DNA from: Eledone cirrhosa
Taxonomy: Eukaryota
Length of the DNA stretch: 64,000 nucleotides
Assembly (NCBI GenBank): GCA_964016885.1
Contig: OZ024747.1
Coordinates: 72,168,001-72,232,000, forward strand
Reading direction: 5' to 3'
Part shown: piece after piece, positions 61,556 through 64,000 of the stretch
Numbering within the stretch: the stretch's first letter is position 1
Layout: every line of letters starts with the position of its first letter
Position numbers and translations under genes: made by a program
Notes under the pieces: generated by a model
The model's input: the letters and a program-made list of their open reading frames with translations, nothing else
What the model was told of the DNA's origin: nothing
Databases searched by the model: none

Positions 61556-64000
61556 TTAACCCTTTTTACACTCGGATACAATGTGAGCCACAGTTTCCTC
61601 TCTCTCTCTCTCTCCACAGATCCTGCACAGTGGGCTAGCCTCCTCCTTGTAAATATGGTGTTTCAACCACTTCGTTTTGAGGGCCTGCTCCTGCGCAGCC
61701 ATTGACATTCCTTCTGTAGCCTTTTTGAGGTCTCCTCTTCTCAACCAGTTCCATGTCTGTGGATCTCTAAATTCAGTTTTCTCAAAGAAGGTACTATGAA
61801 GGGATTTTCTCTGAAGGCTGCTCTTTCTCCTTGATGTTATTTCCTCCTTGGACATCCCCTGGCCTATCGTCCCCTCCTTCAGTACAGTTCTGAGCATTGG
61901 CTCCTTACTATCAGTCACGTATTTGTATAGGTTGTTTTTCTCCATCTGAACACAGTCCTCTATGCTGATGAGACCTCTTCCACCCTCAGATCTCCTTAGG
62001 TAGAGTCTATCGACATCACTCCTCTTGTGGAACATGTTGTAGATAGTCAATAGCCTCCTAGTCTTCCTATCCATTTCTTTTTGTTCAGCAACATTCCATC
62101 TCAGAATTCCCGCACTGTACCTAATAATAGACACAGCTCGGGAATTTACTGCGCTTATGGCATTTCTGCTGTTCAGATGTGACTTCAATACGCTCCTTAC
62201 TCTCCGAATGTATTCAGTTCTTAACAATTCCTTCATTTTTTTGTTCTTTATGCCATCAGCCTCCAGAACGCCCAAATACTTGTATCCTTCCTCAGAGTCA
62301 ATTTCCTTTATCATCTCACCTGTTGGTATCTGGATTCCGTTACTTCTGCTCAACCTACCCCTCCTCATCACAATGACTCCACACTTACTAATACCAAACT
62401 GCATACATATATCACTGCTGAAAATACGGACAGTGTCAACAAGCACATCCAACTCCTTCTCACTCTTCCCGAAGAGCTTAAGATCGTCCATGAAGAGGAG
62501 GTGATTGATGGTAAGCTCTCCCTTTCCCAACTTGTATCCTGCTCTCACTTTTCGCAGCATAATGGTCAAGGGCATCAGGGCAAGGACAAACAACAGAGGG
62601 GACAGGCTATCTCCCTGGAAGATACCTCTCTTGATTTTCACGCTTCCCAAGGATTCTCCAGTTGATGTCAACTCTGTCTCCCAGGACCCCATACTCCTGC
62701 CCAGCAACTGTCTGATGTTATCTGCCACCTTGAAGATCTCCAGGCTTTTGGTGATCCAAAAATGAGGCACCATGTCAAATGCCTTTCTGTAGTCTATCCA
62801 TCCCATGGCAAGATCAGTGTGTCTCCTCCTGCAATTCCCCATTACCATCTTATCAATAAGTAACTGGTCCTTTGTACCACGTGACTTCTTTCGGCATCCT
62901 TTCTGTTCGTCCGGTAACAAGTTGTTTGTGTGGAGGTGATGGTAGATTTCCTCAGACACAATGCTCGTCAACAGTTTCCACATTACGGACAGACATGTGA
63001 TAGGTCTATAGTTGGTAACATCATTACCCTTGATTCGGTCTTTCATTATCAGAACTGTGGTACCTTTTGTCAACCACTCTGGCACCTCACCCGACACCAA
63101 GTAGTCATTGAACATGGCCGTCAGTTTCGGGTGGAGGGATGTTAAATTTTTAATCCAATACCCCTGCACACCATCTGGGCCTGGTGATTTCCAGTTGGTT
63201 AGTTTTTTGGCCTGCCCCTTAAGAGTTTCAACTGTGATACTCAAATCAGTTTGTTGGTGTGCCTGCTCACCGATCTCCCTCTGTACTGTCTCAATCCACC
63301 CTGCCTGGTCATTATGTCTAACATCCTGCTCCCATATTCCTCTCCAGAATGTTTTAGTTTGTTCCGCCTCAGGGATCAAGTCGTTGCCTCTTTCTTTCCC
63401 CTCAAGCTGTCCAAACAGCATCTTCTGGTTGTTGTCGAACATGCGGTTCTGTTTATACTGACTGACTCTGTTCTCGTATCGCCTGATTTTTGCACTCTTT
63501 GCTACAATGCGTTGCTTCAGTTCCTCTATGATAATATTTAGCTTTTTCCTCCTAGTTTTGTACTTTATTTCCAGTCTATTTTTAGTGCCTATGTTTTTTA
63601 GTGTCCCATTCAGTAGTGACTCAAGCTTTCCTATGTCATTTCTCATTTCCTTGATTTGACCACTCAGTCGTTTCTTCCACCAAGGCTCTGCTCTTTCTTG
63701 TCTGTTGTTTCCTCTCACTTTTATACCAAGTAGTTTCCTCACCGTATTTGCTGTTGCTTTGAGGATATTGTTGCACTGGTGAAGGCTCCTCGCCTCAAGG
63801 TATGGGATGACTTTGTTTACCTTAGCTGTTGTTTCTTTTAACTTTTTCCTGTCTACAAATCTTAGGTTCATAGGTCTCCCACTATCATTGTTCAATCCAT
63901 CTACCACTAAATTTAGGATGTCAACCGAATCTTGTCCTAGCCCGTCAGCATTCATCTCCTCAGTGGCCGTATCTCTGTTCCAGGTATTATTTATCTCAGT
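61556..64000 (-). mobile_element. R4/Dong-like (RLE-class) non-LTR retrotransposon ORF; runs off the window edge, 3' end lost
   Basis: NWKSPGPDG, NYRPITCL, EQKGCR, WIDYRKAFD, GIFQGDSLSPLLF, HLLFMDDLKLF, YKYLG, RLYLRRSEGGRGL, AAQEQAL, CCHC knuckle; frame open to 64000; ORF stops right after the knuckle with no RHD/PD..D endonuclease. Confidence 0.9.

Overview
AT-rich, microsatellite- and retroposon-dense animal genomic DNA; the SINE families and repeat landscape suggest an octopod cephalopod (inference, not verified). Two convergent spliced host genes are supported. One is a 3-exon MTHFS (5-formyltetrahydrofolate cyclo-ligase, minus strand, 42067->34933, ~205 aa). The other is a plus-strand gene of unknown identity (exons 20426-22582, 23814-23978, 26673-26864, ~837 aa) encoding an acidic, disordered, probably tail-anchored membrane protein with an RVxF-like motif. 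Mobile DNA includes an intact-ORF RTE-clade LINE with a C4HC3 PHD finger inserted inside its RT domain plus several truncated relatives, a 5'-truncated Penelope-like element (GIY-YIG), an R4/Dong-like RT element running off the right edge, L1/Tx1-like relics, two tRNA-derived SINE families and Tc1/mariner-type MITEs. The most striking hidden signal is a recurring set of small fold-back (inverted-repeat) elements, mostly at (TA)n tracts, that contain or are centred on type I hammerhead ribozyme motifs (CUGANGA...GAAA...UH), including a pair with covarying stem II. Most short ORFs in the supplied track are microsatellite or antisense artefacts.
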